DNA from: Balanoglossus misakiensis
Lineage: Eukaryota > Animalia > Hemichordata
Length of the DNA stretch: 64,000 nucleotides
Assembly: GCA_040954595.2 (NCBI GenBank)
Contig: CM082580.2
Location: 10,580,390-10,644,389, forward strand
Direction: 5' to 3'
Part shown: positions 63,383 to 64,000 of the stretch, in pieces
Layout of the letters: every line of letters begins with the position of its first letter
How positions within the stretch are numbered: the stretch's first letter is position 1
Made by a program: the position numbers and the translations under genes
Notes under the pieces: generated by a model
Told to the model about the DNA's origin: nothing
The model's database searches: none
What the model saw: only the letters and a program-made list of their open reading frames with translations

Positions 63383-64000
63383 TTTTTTTTAAACAAACAA
63401 ACATTTTATTCTATGCAAACACAAAATGCAATACTAACAAAATTATTAACACAGAAAATACGAAACACAATGAGTAATAAACGAGGATGACGGTACCAGC
63501 CGCCTAATCAGGCTTTACAATATATGTTCTATTTCACTCCACTTAGTTTCGAATTTACTGCGCTGACTTATACCATTGACTGCCTTACTCTCAATTTCAT
63601 ACTTGTATTTCAAAATACGAAAGAAACACATCAAAATCTGGTACTTTGTTATTCTGTTTACAGGTATACAAGAAAACCTTAGTTTGCAAAACAATGTATG
63701 TTAAGGATGCCAGTACAAAGTACTAGTAGTCTGATTAAGTTGGTATTCGCATTTCTGAAAAAAATAACTTCACATGCAACCAAAAATCTTTTGAATATTC
63801 ATAATCAATAAAAAGATGGTCTGGTGTTTGAATTGAAGCATGGCAAAAGATACACAGATGACTTTCTACAAAATTCATTCTGAGCAAAACCTCGTCGTAA
63901 AAATAAGATTATTCAGCAGCTTGTGTTGTGTTGGAAACATAACAACCAGAATGCAAGTATTTAGTCTCTATTCACTTATCCGGACTATCTCGCAGACCAA
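63383..64000 (-). mobile_element. Degenerate 3' end of an L1/Tx1-type non-LTR retrotransposon (ORF2 C-terminal zinc-binding region, 3' UTR, A tail)
   Basis: Minus-strand translation LLRMNFVESHLCIFCHASIQTPDHLFIDYEYSKDFW ... KVFLYTCKQNNKVPDF ... KYEIE ... KFETKWSEIEHIL* (stop at 63515), with internal stops and frameshifts; AATAAA at 63410-63405 and an A8 tail at 63390-63383. Confidence 0.8.

Overview
Eukaryotic genomic DNA with introns and microsatellites. It looks like a marine invertebrate, but that is inference only. Most ORF-track entries are spurious. Positions 13.4-31.4 kb hold about 200 copies of an 87-bp satellite, which appears to have expanded inside a non-autonomous Helentron/HINE (pearl/DINE-1-like) element and carries 17- and 23-mer higher-order duplications. 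Positions 47.9-62.5 kb hold three proprotein-convertase-type precursor genes. One is a + strand secreted prepropeptide with a cationic 8-Cys core. The other two are tandem - strand, 7-exon ITM2/BRI2-like BRICHOS genes (371 and 333 aa, spliced by hand) with identical intron phases but unrelated-looking, Cys-free C-terminal peptides, each on its own last exon. Exon 1 of the downstream BRICHOS gene lies in an apparently perfect 903-bp tandem duplication. A decayed L1/Tx1-type LINE 3' end closes the window. No RNA genes or CRISPR arrays were found.
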